Shown: piece by piece, positions 48,450 to 59,700 of the stretch
Layout: the number at the start of each line of letters is the position of its first letter
Position numbering within the stretch: position 1 is the stretch's first letter
Source: a virus
Taxonomy: Duplodnaviria; Heunggongvirae; Uroviricota; Caudoviricetes
Direction: 5' to 3' (one strand)
DNA: 64,000 nt
IMG/VR virus record: IMGVR_UViG_2529292852_000001
Coordinates: 32,714 to 96,713 of that record
Notes under the pieces: generated by a model
The model's database searches: none
The model's input: only the letters and a program-made list of their open reading frames with translations
Told to the model about the DNA's origin: nothing
Made by a program: the position numbers and the translations under genes

Positions 48450-49056
48450 ATGAAAGCAAATGAAGTAATGAAATTATTACAAATTAGTCGTTCCACTTTA
48501 CTAAGATGGCGAAAAGATGGCATTTTAAAAGCTACTAAATTGCCTTCTGGGCAATATGATTGGGACGCTAATTCTGTTTTTAAAATATTAAATAAAGGTG
48601 AAATTCGTGGTGTTTATTTATATGCTAGAGTAGTCTACACCTAAACAAAAACAAGACCTTGAAAACCAAATTGAAAACCTGCAAAGTTTTGCGATGAAAA
48701 ATGGTTATCAAGTTAAAGGTCTATACAAAGATATAGCTAGTGGAATTTCTTTTGAAAGAAGAAAGGAGTTTTTTGAATTATTAGACCTTGTAATTGGTGG
48801 TAAAGTATCAAAGGTTATTATCACCTACAAGGATAGATTAAGTCGTGTTGGTTTCGATCTGTTTAAATACTTATTTTCCAAGTATCATACCGAGATAATT
48901 GTGATGTCAGAATTAACCGATAAAAAGGCAGACCAACAAGAAATATTTGAAGAAATCATTAGCTTGTTGCACGCATTTTCAATGAGAATGTACTCGAGTA
49001 GAAGAAAGAAAATTAAAGAAGCTTTGGAAGATAAGGAGGTGAACAAGGATGGTTAA
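48450..49056 (+). pseudogene. tnpA: IS607-type TnpA serine recombinase, disrupted by a +1 frameshift at the catalytic-Ser codon (~48633)
   Basis: ORF1 ends ...LYARVVYT*, and the next frame reads STPKQKQDLENQ...MKNGYQV. Deleting G48633 restores YARVSTPKQ. Confidence 0.55.
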
Positions 49057-50392
49057 AAAGCAAAAATCAAAGAAGAAAGTCATAAAAACTTTTAAAGAAG
49101 TAAGAGCAGAGAAAACGGAAGTTCAATATGAGTATTTGGTGGAAAAGCATATTATTAAATCTAATGATGCACGTTATGCTATTTTAGATAAATACGCTCA
49201 TCTATCCAATAATGTCTACAACCAAGCTCTATATCGTTTTAGACAGGCTTTCTTTAAGGGTAAGTGGCTGAGTTACGAAAAACTAGACAAATCATTTAAA
49301 CAATCTTTTAATCAAAAGGACTGTATGCTGTATCGTTCTATGAAAAGTGTACATTTAGCTCAACAAATTTTAAAGTTAGTCAATCAAAATATGACTTCTT
49401 GGAATAAAGCTCGTAAAGCATATTTAAAGGCACCGCAAAAGTTCACTGGCAAGCCTAAAATACCCAAATATAAACCCAAAGGCGGTAAAAATATTGTTAT
49501 CGTAGATAACCAAACTGCTAAATTAAGAGCTAATGGAATTGTAGAAATACCAGTGATGGATAGCTTGAAAATTAAGTTACAACACAAAGAAACTAATAAA
49601 ATTCAACAAGTTAGAGTCATTCCTAAAAATAATACTTTTGTAATTGAAATAGTTTATAAAACTAACAAGGTTATTGACTACAAAGAAGATAATGGACGCT
49701 ATTTAACGATTGACCCAGGACTTGATAATGCCTTTACGTTGGCATCTAATGTTAAAGGATTTAAACCTGTCATTATTAATGGACGTCCTTTAAAGTCAGT
49801 CAATCAATACTATAACAAGCAAAAAGCTAGATTAACTAGAATTTATGACTTGTCAAAACAAAATCGTAATACTAAACGTTTAAATAAACTTGATTTTTAT
49901 CGTAATCAAAAAATGTTAAAATTCGCTCATGAAGCAAGCAAACGCATTGTTGAGATAGCGTTAAGCCATGAGTTAAACACGATTGTTATTGGTAAAAATA
50001 AAGGACAAAAACGTTCTAGTAATATGGGAAAACGAATAAACCAAAACTTTATTGGAATTCCACATCAAAAAATGATTGAGATGATTGAATATAAAGCTAA
50101 TTTAGCAGGGATAGTCGTAATTCAAGCTAACGAAGCTTATACAAGTCAAACTTCATTTTTAGATAATGAAATACCAATTAACCAAAATGGTGATAAAGCT
50201 CGTAAACGTAAAGGGTTAAGTCCTGTCAAAAGACGCGTTAAACGTGGTTTATTTAAATCAAATAAAGGTATCTTAATTAACGCTGATGTTAATGGAGCGT
50301 TACAGATATTAAGAAAAGTAGTACCAAATGCTTTTGCTGACGGTATAGATGGAATCGGATTAGTTCCAGTTAAGCTAAACTTAAATTTCTAA
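49049..50392 (+). CDS. tnpB: TnpB (IS607/IS1341-type, no zinc finger)
   Basis: RuvC-I TIDPGLDN, RuvC-II IVIGKNKG, EAYTSQTSFLD, RuvC-III NADVNGALQI. Confidence 0.75.
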   Translation: MVKKQKSKKKVIKTFKEVRAEKTEVQYEYLVEKHIIKSNDARYAILDKYAHLSNNVYNQALYRFRQAFFKGKWLSYEKLDKSFKQSFNQKDCMLYRSMKSVHLAQQILKLVNQNMTSWNKARKAYLKAPQKFTGKPKIPKYKPKGGKNIVIVDNQTAKLRANGIVEIPVMDSLKIKLQHKETNKIQQVRVIPKNNTFVIEIVYKTNKVIDYKEDNGRYLTIDPGLDNAFTLASNVKGFKPVIINGRPLKSVNQYYNKQKARLTRIYDLSKQNRNTKRLNKLDFYRNQKMLKFAHEASKRIVEIALSHELNTIVIGKNKGQKRSSNMGKRINQNFIGIPHQKMIEMIEYKANLAGIVVIQANEAYTSQTSFLDNEIPINQNGDKARKRKGLSPVKRRVKRGLFKSNKGILINADVNGALQILRKVVPNAFADGIDGIGLVPVKLNLNF

Positions 50393-50693
50393 TTTAGGAA
50401 GCTTACGAACAATTTTTGAAACAAAACATGACTGCCAAACGAGTTGTAAAGTTGTCCACGAGAGTTTTTAGAATTAATTCTAAAAGTTTGTTGACTGGTT
50501 AATTCTATTAGGTTGAGTGAAGTGTCTTTTTAATTAGTATCATTTGATATGATTTATTTAAAAAGACTAGAAAATTATTAATCTAAAGAACCAAATAGGC
50601 GAACACAAAGTCAATTCTTTTTGTTAACAAAGAATTGACTTTTATACTACTTTAATAACAAATTAAGGTATTATATAAGTATATAGAAAGTAG

Positions 50694-50951
50694 GTGATTT
50701 TATTGTCAACTTTAGATAATTTAGCTAATGCAAGTTACGAACGCAGACAACAACGTATTATGAAGTTGCGCCGAGATTTCAATGATATGAAGTATATAAC
50801 GGTTGACAGTGTGGTTAAACTAACTGGTTACACCGAAGCTACTGTTATTAAGTGGGCAAAGGACGGCAATATACCATTGTTAATTGACAATGGAACAACG
50901 GTTGTGCCAGTTACAGATGAAAATCGCCCTACCTGGATGGGGGGATCTTAA
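50694..50951 (+). CDS. Hypothetical small protein
   Basis: 85-aa ORF translationally coupled to the next gene. Confidence 0.3.
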   Translation: MILLSTLDNLANASYERRQQRIMKLRRDFNDMKYITVDSVVKLTGYTEATVIKWAKDGNIPLLIDNGTTVVPVTDENRPTWMGGS

Positions 50952-51695
50952 ATGAAAAAACTTCCAGACATCATGTTAACCATGGGTATTGTTTCTTTGA
51001 TATTCTTTGGTGGCTATTACATCTATTCTGCCAACCTTTTTAATAGCACTCAAGCTGTAGCTAGTTCCAGCCATAAGCCTTTAGTTGTATCAGACTCTGA
51101 GATAACAAATAACCACATCGAAGACATTAAGCAAAACGTCGTTAAAAACGATCAAGAAGGTTTAAACAGGGTTGGTACAGTAGCTATTCCAGACTTAGGA
51201 ATTTTACTTCCTATATACAATAAACCTTATGATGAACAGGCTTTGTTAGTAGGTGCGCAACAGCTAGAAGCTAAGGGTAAAGATGCCGATCGAGCAGGCA
51301 TAGGTCAAGGTAATTTCTTACTTGTAGCTCACAATTATACTGACGGTAAGAAGATGTTTAGCCCACTCCAACAAAACGTAGGGCTTAACGCTCCTTATTT
51401 AGTTAATCGACACGCACAAGACAACCATTGGTTAGACGGTAAAAAGATCTATTTAGCCAATGATAAAGGTTTATATGAATATACAATTGACGTTCAGCAT
51501 ACAATTCCTGAATACAAAACAGATATTCAAAACAACACTGATAAACCTGAAATTAACGTGATTACTTGCCTTGAGCCTGACGATAGTTGGAGAATTGATA
51601 CTCACGGTAATTTAAGTCAAAAATGGAGCTGGAATCAAGCACCTAGCGACATTGTTAATTACTTTAACTTAAGCAAGCAACAATTCAATAAGTAA
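50952..51695 (+). CDS. Secreted/anchored protein, possibly sortase-like (weak)
   Basis: N-terminal TM helix. VAHNYTDG and INVITCLEPDDSWR are loosely reminiscent of the sortase His and TLxTC..R motifs. Confidence 0.25.
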   Translation: MKKLPDIMLTMGIVSLIFFGGYYIYSANLFNSTQAVASSSHKPLVVSDSEITNNHIEDIKQNVVKNDQEGLNRVGTVAIPDLGILLPIYNKPYDEQALLVGAQQLEAKGKDADRAGIGQGNFLLVAHNYTDGKKMFSPLQQNVGLNAPYLVNRHAQDNHWLDGKKIYLANDKGLYEYTIDVQHTIPEYKTDIQNNTDKPEINVITCLEPDDSWRIDTHGNLSQKWSWNQAPSDIVNYFNLSKQQFNK

Positions 51696-51699
51696 GGAA

Positions 51700-52485
51700 G
51701 TGATTTGTGTGAAAGTCAAAAAAGATAAGCAGGAACGTTTAAACCTTGTTAAAAAGATTGCTAGAAACACCTTTTGGGGATTGATGGTAACGCTGGTTAT
51801 AACTTTGATGATGGTAGTTGTTGCTACTATTACTCAACCTAAATACTTACCAGTAATGTCTAACAATATTTTTGAGTTGAAGTATGTTGCTGACTGGGTA
51901 TTTTTGATGGGCATTGTTTTACTTATTGTTTTAGGCGGATTTATTTTGTATAAGACCGTAAATAAGCAAAGCAGATGGAACTTTATTTTTAGTAACCTAG
52001 CTTTAATAATGACGTCAAGTGGTTTAGGCTTTATAATTTTGTCTTTTCTTTTACCTAGAAATACTAAACTTACAGTAAAAACTGTTAGTCAAGCTGTTAA
52101 ATTGGTTAACATTAGCTATTTTCTTACTTTTATTATTATCGCAATTACTACCATACTTGCGGTTCATATAAGTAGAAAATACATTGATAAAAACAATTGG
52201 TACTTATACTTTACGTTGCTACCATATATCATTTGGGCAGGTTGGACGTATCAACAATACCAACATTGGCAAAATTTCTTGGCAACTAGGAATTTTAATA
52301 TTGAAAAATTAACAGCTATGTTTATCTATTATCAATCGCACATGACAAAGATAGACATGAATTTGATGTTTGAAGGCTATAAGAGTTGTGCTTTTATAGC
52401 TTTACTAGCTTTTATTTATCTATTAACAGTAGGAGGGGTATATCTTGTTTTTAAAGTCAAAGAAAAAGTCCAAAGAAAAGCCTAA
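51700..52485 (+). CDS. Polytopic membrane protein
   Basis: Multiple TM helices. Confidence 0.4.
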   Translation: MICVKVKKDKQERLNLVKKIARNTFWGLMVTLVITLMMVVVATITQPKYLPVMSNNIFELKYVADWVFLMGIVLLIVLGGFILYKTVNKQSRWNFIFSNLALIMTSSGLGFIILSFLLPRNTKLTVKTVSQAVKLVNISYFLTFIIIAITTILAVHISRKYIDKNNWYLYFTLLPYIIWAGWTYQQYQHWQNFLATRNFNIEKLTAMFIYYQSHMTKIDMNLMFEGYKSCAFIALLAFIYLLTVGGVYLVFKVKEKVQRKA

Positions 52486-53554
52486 AAAAGAAAAGAAGAA
52501 AAAGAAAGTAGATAAAGTAGATAAAGTTGATAAGGTTAATGAAAAAGTAGCTGAAAAAGAGCATACTTTTGCTGATGTAAAGATGTATCGAATTATGCCT
52601 TTGATAGCATTAGTAGGTTTTATAATCATGGCTTTTAGTTTTGGTACTATTATAAAAAATAATCATGATTATAAAGTTATGTTGTCAAGAATAACCATGA
52701 AAAAGGGTACAAACCTACCATTATTCCAAGGTGGGTCTAAGGGTAATTTAACGGTTGGAAATGTTATTGTTTCTAAAGATAAAAAGCATTTAGCTGCTGA
52801 AATTAAATACGATGATACAGCTCATCAACAACTATCAGCTTTTGGTAAGAAATACAAATTGTATATTGTTACTAGCAAAGGTTATCGTATTGAAAACTTA
52901 TCTGCTAAATACGGATTTTTCGGTACTGATGGTAATGGTGTTTTAACGGTAGCTAGTAAGGTGCCATTTCCTGATGAAGCATTTGTTGTAATGTTGTACG
53001 ATAAAGGACAATTAATTTCAACTCAAGATATTCAAGCACAAGCTGTACAAGATGATACGTTAGATAAATCAATCACTAAACAATTAGCTGGTGCAAGTTC
53101 TTCAAGTACAATAGATCCAAGCAGTAATTCTAATTCAGATACACGTCCACCAGTTTATTATGTACGGTTAAATCCAGTTTCATCTAAACATGTAGACTAC
53201 AACTGGGGTGATAATGAACGTAAGCTAGTTGATAATTTATTTATAAAGCAAAACATTGCTAAATATAAAAAACAAGTTAAAGATGCTAATAAAAAAATTA
53301 AGTTAGCACAAAATACACTAAATGAATATAACAAGCGTTTAAAAGAAAACCCAGAAGATGATACAGCTCAAAGTGGAAAAGAACAAATTGAACAATCAAT
53401 TGATAGTCTAAAGCATCAAGCACAAGTAGCTACTAAAAACTATAAGCGTATGGAAGCTTACCGAATTAAAAAAGATGCTTTAGGTGAAGAACAAACTAAC
53501 TTCAAGCGTTTAACAACTAATAATATGCAAGCTTTTAGTGGTTCAACTAATTAA
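52445..53554 (+). CDS. Membrane-anchored protein with a Lys-rich N-terminus
   Basis: KKKSKEKPKKEKKKKK then a TM helix then a soluble domain. Confidence 0.4.
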   Translation: MFLKSKKKSKEKPKKEKKKKKVDKVDKVDKVNEKVAEKEHTFADVKMYRIMPLIALVGFIIMAFSFGTIIKNNHDYKVMLSRITMKKGTNLPLFQGGSKGNLTVGNVIVSKDKKHLAAEIKYDDTAHQQLSAFGKKYKLYIVTSKGYRIENLSAKYGFFGTDGNGVLTVASKVPFPDEAFVVMLYDKGQLISTQDIQAQAVQDDTLDKSITKQLAGASSSSTIDPSSNSNSDTRPPVYYVRLNPVSSKHVDYNWGDNERKLVDNLFIKQNIAKYKKQVKDANKKIKLAQNTLNEYNKRLKENPEDDTAQSGKEQIEQSIDSLKHQAQVATKNYKRMEAYRIKKDALGEEQTNFKRLTTNNMQAFSGSTN

Positions 53555-53567
53555 TAATAGAAAGGAT

Positions 53568-53813
53568 ATGATGATGTTGACAAAAACAGAACTTTTACTA
53601 GCGGTAACTAAATACTGTGAACAATATCCTGAAACATCGCTAGAAAGTATTATCAAAGATGTTTCAGACGTTTATCATGAAGTTCAAGCTAAAACAATTA
53701 ACCCTTACGATCCTGAAGAACTGACAGGGCTTGATTTAGATAGGGCTGATAGTTATGAAAGTGATATCTCCAAGAATGCTCTTGATGGAACTAATAATGA
53801 CGATGCTTTATAG
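53568..53813 (+). CDS. Small hypothetical protein
   Basis: Start at one of three tandem ATGs after AAAGGA. Confidence 0.3.
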   Translation: MMMLTKTELLLAVTKYCEQYPETSLESIIKDVSDVYHEVQAKTINPYDPEELTGLDLDRADSYESDISKNALDGTNNDDAL

Positions 53814-53834
53814 GAAGGGGGTGCTTTTGTTTTA

Positions 53835-56702
53835 ATGTTAGGTTTAGAAAATAAACTAAAATTAGTTATACCAGAAGAAATAGCTAAAGAGTATAACTAT
53901 TCTTTAGAAGAAATTCAAACTAATGATAAAGAAATTTTAGGCTACGACAAGCAAATCAGTGATTTAAACGCAGTCTTATATAACCCTAAAGCACCAACTG
54001 GAATGTTGCTAGGTATGCAAGGTTCAGGTAAAACTTCTCTAGTTAGATACTGGGTTAAGACACGAGCTAAAACTTCTATTCCATTAATTGTAGTACAGCT
54101 TGATATTGAACGTTTAGGCGAACTTGGATCAGACGTTATGGTTTCAAGAATGCGTAAGCTTTTAACTAACATGCAAATAATCAAGAATGCTACTCAAGAA
54201 GCAAACCCTGGAATTAACTTTCAGATGGCTTTGTTTATAGATGAAATTCATAAGTTAAACAACTATGGTGAAGCTACTAAAGGAATTGGTGAGAAGGCTG
54301 GTTCTAGTGGTGCGATGAATGCTTTTAAAGAAGAAACAGCTGAAGGTGTATTTCCAGTAATTGCTGCAACAACTGATTATGAATATCGCATTAATATCAA
54401 GCCTGACGGAGCGTTTGATAGACGTTTTGCTAAGATTTATATCACACAACCAGCTAAGTCAATTGTATTTAAAATCTTAAAGACTAGCTTAAATACTTGG
54501 TTGAATGCAGGTAAGTTTATACCAGAAATATCAGATAAGACGCTAAGTGATTTAATTGATTACACTAACGCTTATATCTACAATCAGGCTAACCCTGGTA
54601 AATCACTTGATATTTTAGCTTCGGCTGTAGGGTTATGTACTAATAGACACTTAGAAAATCCTAATGATGGCTGGGAGATTACGCACGAAGTCTTAGAACA
54701 AGTCTTTTTAGCTAATGGTTTTAGGATTGGTTCATATGATGAACGAGATATTAACCTAGTTATTCCTCCAGATATTCAGAAGAATTATAACGACTCTTTA
54801 TCTAAGATGGAAAAGGGTAAGAATACCTTGATAGGTTATAAAGAAGAGATTATTAAACTTGATTCAACCATGTATCGACCAGAAAAACCGTCTGCCTTAC
54901 TTTTAGGTAAGCAAGGTATTGGTAAAACAGCTTTGGTTGAACAATGGATTTACAATCGTTCACTGACAACAATGCCAGTAGTGGTTGTAGAGTTAAACGT
55001 TGAAAAATTAGGGACTTTAAATGAAAATGATATGATTTCTAAGATGAAAGACCTACTTCCAACTTTAAACGAAATAAAAAAAGCAACTATTGAAGCCAAT
55101 CCAGATAAAAAATTTCAGATGGTTTTATTCATAGATGAAATTCATAAGTTGTATAATTATGGTAAGCCAGATAGCGATAAAGCTGGTTCTTCGGCAGCAA
55201 TGAACGCTTTAAAAGAAGGGCTTGCTAGAGCTAAGTTTCCATTGATTGGAGCTACAACTGACTATGAATACCGTGATTATATCGTTAATGATGCTGCTTT
55301 TGATAGACGTTTAGGTAAAGTTATTATGACTCCGCCTAGCTTAGATACAACTGTTAAGATCTTACGTAGACGTGTTGATTCATGGGAAGGTAAGTTAGAT
55401 TTTGTTCCAGAATGTTCAGACGATATTTTACGTGAAATTGTAAAATACGCTGATGCCTTCATTCAAAACCAAGTTAACCCAGACAAATCTTTAACAATTT
55501 TAGATAGTTGTGTAGGAATTGCTAGAAGGGTGCATGTTTTAGATGAAAATAAAGGTAATAAAATTACACACGAAATTGTAAGACAAGCGTTTTTGGCTGA
55601 AGATTATGAGATTGACACAGACGTTCCTCCAGAACATATCATTAAAGTTGTTAATGAGTCTGTTTTAGGTCAACCATTAGCCTTATACCAACTAGCTGAT
55701 GTTGTTAATACTGCTTTTTATTCCGAACGTAATTTCAAACGACCTTTATTTACAGCCTTCTTTGTAGGTTCAACTGGGGTAGGTAAATCAGAAACAGCTA
55801 AGGCTTTAGCTCAAGCATTTTACGGACGTAGAGATGCAATTTTAACACTTAACGGTGGTGATTACGCAACTCCAGAAAGTTCAATTAAGGCTCAACGTTT
55901 TATTGCGGCTCAAATGACAGTAAATAAGCGTCAAGTCATCTTACTAGATGAAATTGAAAAGTCACATAAATCGGTGATGGATATGTATATGCGAATGATT
56001 GATGAAGGTATCGTTGTAGATAAATATGGCAATCAACGTTCTTTGAACTCTACTGTTATTATTGCTACATCTAACTTAGGAGCTGATATCTTTAGTGACT
56101 TATCGGAAGTTATGCACTTAAATCAACAAGCAAACCCTAATAAGTTAGATCCACGACTAGAAGAAGCGTGGTGGAGAAGAGAATCGTCAGTACGTAAGGC
56201 TTTACAAAACGGAGATGCTGGTTTAAACAATGGTATTAAACCTGAATTTTTGGAAAGATTTAGTCTATTTGTACCATTCTTGCCATTAGCTAGAAAAACT
56301 ATGGCTATGATTGCAAGAATGCAATTAGAAAAGTTTAAGCAAAACATGACTCACGCTAGATATGGAATAGATATTATGTTACCTAAGAAAATGAGTCATG
56401 AATGGTGGCAAAATCAAATGTCATTTGTTGATACTCCTTATGGTAACGATGATGCAATTTCAGTAATGATTGCTGAAGACTTAGTCGGAAGTGAAGCAAA
56501 AACTTCAGGGGCAAGATCCATTACACGTTATATTGATGGTTCAATTAAAACTAAAGTTACACGTTTATTAGCACAAAGATTAAGGCATAATCAACCAATT
56601 GATGGAGCATTTAAGCTTGAAGCTAAAAATGCCAGCTTTACAACTAATACTGGTGATAGACCAACGGTTGAAGTAAGCTATATTCCTGTTGAGAAATTAT
56701 AA
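53835..56702 (+). CDS. Clp/Hsp100-family AAA+ ATPase with three ATPase modules (duplicated D1-like + D2)
   Basis: Two D1-like units (GMQGSGKT...ALFIDEIHKL and LGKQGIGKT...VLFIDEIHKL), then a D2-like unit (VGSTGVGKSETAKALA...LLDEIEKSH...ATSNLG). Confidence 0.6.
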   Translation: MLGLENKLKLVIPEEIAKEYNYSLEEIQTNDKEILGYDKQISDLNAVLYNPKAPTGMLLGMQGSGKTSLVRYWVKTRAKTSIPLIVVQLDIERLGELGSDVMVSRMRKLLTNMQIIKNATQEANPGINFQMALFIDEIHKLNNYGEATKGIGEKAGSSGAMNAFKEETAEGVFPVIAATTDYEYRINIKPDGAFDRRFAKIYITQPAKSIVFKILKTSLNTWLNAGKFIPEISDKTLSDLIDYTNAYIYNQANPGKSLDILASAVGLCTNRHLENPNDGWEITHEVLEQVFLANGFRIGSYDERDINLVIPPDIQKNYNDSLSKMEKGKNTLIGYKEEIIKLDSTMYRPEKPSALLLGKQGIGKTALVEQWIYNRSLTTMPVVVVELNVEKLGTLNENDMISKMKDLLPTLNEIKKATIEANPDKKFQMVLFIDEIHKLYNYGKPDSDKAGSSAAMNALKEGLARAKFPLIGATTDYEYRDYIVNDAAFDRRLGKVIMTPPSLDTTVKILRRRVDSWEGKLDFVPECSDDILREIVKYADAFIQNQVNPDKSLTILDSCVGIARRVHVLDENKGNKITHEIVRQAFLAEDYEIDTDVPPEHIIKVVNESVLGQPLALYQLADVVNTAFYSERNFKRPLFTAFFVGSTGVGKSETAKALAQAFYGRRDAILTLNGGDYATPESSIKAQRFIAAQMTVNKRQVILLDEIEKSHKSVMDMYMRMIDEGIVVDKYGNQRSLNSTVIIATSNLGADIFSDLSEVMHLNQQANPNKLDPRLEEAWWRRESSVRKALQNGDAGLNNGIKPEFLERFSLFVPFLPLARKTMAMIARMQLEKFKQNMTHARYGIDIMLPKKMSHEWWQNQMSFVDTPYGNDDAISVMIAEDLVGSEAKTSGARSITRYIDGSIKTKVTRLLAQRLRHNQPIDGAFKLEAKNASFTTNTGDRPTVEVSYIPVEKL

Positions 56703-56741
56703 GCTTAAAGAGTTGTATTTTATATTACTTTATTAACGAAA

Positions 56742-59700
56742 ATGGAGGCGATTTTCTTGGATTATGTAAAAAGTGTTAGGCCTTCTCTTAAAAAACAAAG
56801 CTTACTTAAGTTTTTAAAAAGTAAATTTGTTGTTTTAGGTGTTTTGCTCCTAACAATCTTTGGTAGCTTTGGTATGTTGTCACAAACTACCAAAGCTGAT
56901 GATAGTGATAACATCGCTACAGTTTATCAATACTTCCTATTAAAAAACCGTTCGTCAACAAGTAAACAAAGCTTTACGGATAAAATGATGAAAGGCATTT
57001 TAGGACAAACGGATAAAAGTGGTATTTTAGGTTCTGGTGGGGCTAGTGGTACTTTTGGTTATCAAGAATTAATTGATAACTCTAAAGATAAAACACAAGC
57101 CAAGCGTTTTTCAGAGTTGATGGCAACTTTATCCTACTATAATTATATTTCTACACAAGGTAATGGTTTTGCTTTACTTTTATCGTATGTAGGTAGATTT
57201 TTTGTAGGTTTAATTTTAACTATACTAGGAGCAGTCATGGATATTATGATTAACTCTTGGTATTTGATTATTAATTTCTTGGCTAAATGGAATGTATTTA
57301 ATCTAATTGGTGGAACGTTAGCCAAAAGTAAAACTTCAACAGAAATTGTTCAAGCTTTAGGATTAAATGCTGATTCTGTACAATGGTTTATTACTACCTT
57401 TCTGGTATTAGGTGTAACAACTTTAGTTGCAACTTTTGCTTTTGCTGTTATGAAACGTGGCATGAAAGATGCAGATTACTCAAAAGTTAAAGGTAGAATT
57501 ATAGGTTTGTTGTTAGTTCCTATTTCAATGATGGCTGGCTTTGAACTATTATCAGATATTACAAGCTATACCAGCAAAGACGATGCAGGTAATACACCTT
57601 TTGCTAGTTATCTAATGGACGTTAAAACTTGGGCAGAAAAGTACAATTTTGACTTAACTGTAGCTAATGTTAAAACGGACGGTAAGACTAAAGGTTTTGT
57701 TATGACGAAGTACAACCCATATTCAGGGTTTAATCCTGTTACAGGACAAAGTGCTTCTGACTCATTAACACAAACTATTTTCCATTCATCGGATATGTCT
57801 AAAGGATTGTTTCCAAATACTAATTTAGCGATTGATTATTTGTCGAGTAAAGTATTTGATGGATATAGTTACATTAGTTATTTACAAGGTGAACAATCTA
57901 AAAAAGATGGAGCCTATGGTTCGATTTCATCTTTAATTGATTCTAAGGGTGGTAAATGGATTTATGATTTTGATAAGCCTTATTCATCAACAGGTATTAA
58001 ACTAGACGATGATTATTTAAAGCAAAATCCAATGAGTAAAGCAAAAGATGATTACGTAGGTAAGATTGACGATGAAGAAAAGAATGTTAAATCACTTGCC
58101 TCAATTTGGACTGACCGTTACATCTACGGTTATAAAAATGAAGGTTCTAAAATTGAAGACTACTATAAGGAAGGCCCTTCAGGAGAACAAATCTCGGCTG
58201 CATACGGACGTAACGATAAAGCTGATGGTACAGCTTTAAGTGTTCCTTCCATGTTTTATGTTTTAAATACACATTGGAATGAACAAGGTGGAACGTTCTC
58301 AATTGCTTCACCACCTACAGGAGCATTTAAAGACATCGCAAAATTTGCTGATGACCGAGCTATTTATTATGATGTTTCTATGGTTGGTGTACCATTCTTT
58401 AGCGTTTGCGGTTTAATTGCTATTCCGTTGTTTACAGTATTGGTATTTGTCGCTGCTATTGAAGCATTTTTAGCAATGGGTGTACTAGATATGAACATTC
58501 GCCCACTTAGAGCCTGGATGCTGGCTATTATCAAAGGTGATTATGAATACTCAGTTGCTGTTTTAGTTTACGGATTAGGTCTTGTAGGTTCAATTATTAT
58601 GGCTACAGTTGTACCTAATATGTTAATTAAATTCTTTACTGGTTCTTTAAGTGGAATATTTAGTCGTTTAAGTAATTCTGCCGATAATGGTTCGATGTCA
58701 GGTGGAATTGGGCTATTCTTTACAGCATTCTTAGCAATTATATTTTGGGTTGCTTACGTCAAGAATGCTTCTGGTATAAGAGATAAATTAACTGGCTTTA
58801 TTATGCTACCTTGGACATGGGCTTCTTCTACAGGTCAATCATTAGAAGATCAAGCTAACGGTGGAGCAAAAGGTCTTATCGGTAAAGGTGCTGCTTTACG
58901 TAATCAAAAACGTGAACGAGCTGCACAAAGAAATAGAAATATGATGGACACTGCTGAAACTTGGGCTGCTGGTGGTGGCATGAAGAAGACTAGATTTGGA
59001 AGAAAGCTTGATGATTTAACTGGTAATCGTATTAGTGGAGCGCAAGGAAAGCTTAGTCGAGCTGCATTATTAGCTCAACATGCGATGGGTAATTATGCAG
59101 AGGGTGTAACTGGTGACGATACACATACAGCTGGTGAAAACAACTTAGAACGTATCAAACGTTTAGGTTTAGCTCAACGTCAAGCTCAAAAACTTGCTCA
59201 ATTATCACGTAATGCTAAAAACGGTAAGTTAGGTGTTGATGATAAGGCTAGTGAGCAAATTGATGATAAGATCAAAAACAAGATTCACCCTAACGATCTA
59301 TCTAACTTAGAAAATGGCGATGCTTTAGCTAATGCGTATAATCAAATTGGTAAAGCTGATGAAAAGATTAACAAAGATGACGATCGTATCAAAGATCTTA
59401 AAAAGAAAATTGCATTCCAAGATGATATTGCTACTAACCCTAACAGTGATCCTAAAACAGTTGAAAAAGCATTTGCTAAGAAACGTAAACTCATGCAAGA
59501 ACTTGATAAAGTACAACAAGATAAGAAAGAACATCAAAATCAAAAAGCAAATCTTCAACAAATTGCTGATGAAACTGCTGGTAAGATTAAGTTTAACGAT
59601 AATGTTGAAGGCTTGAGTAAAGCTGATACTAAATATCGTCAAGATCTTAACAAAGAAGTTGATCGTATCAATGCTAAACAAGCTGATATTGATAAGAGTA

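Larger units (their letters stand above)
48380..50420 (+). mobile_element. IS607-like element (serine-recombinase tnpA pseudogene + tnpB). Ends not defined
   Basis: Gene order is a MerR-HTH/serine recombinase followed by an overlapping TnpB. Confidence 0.45.
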
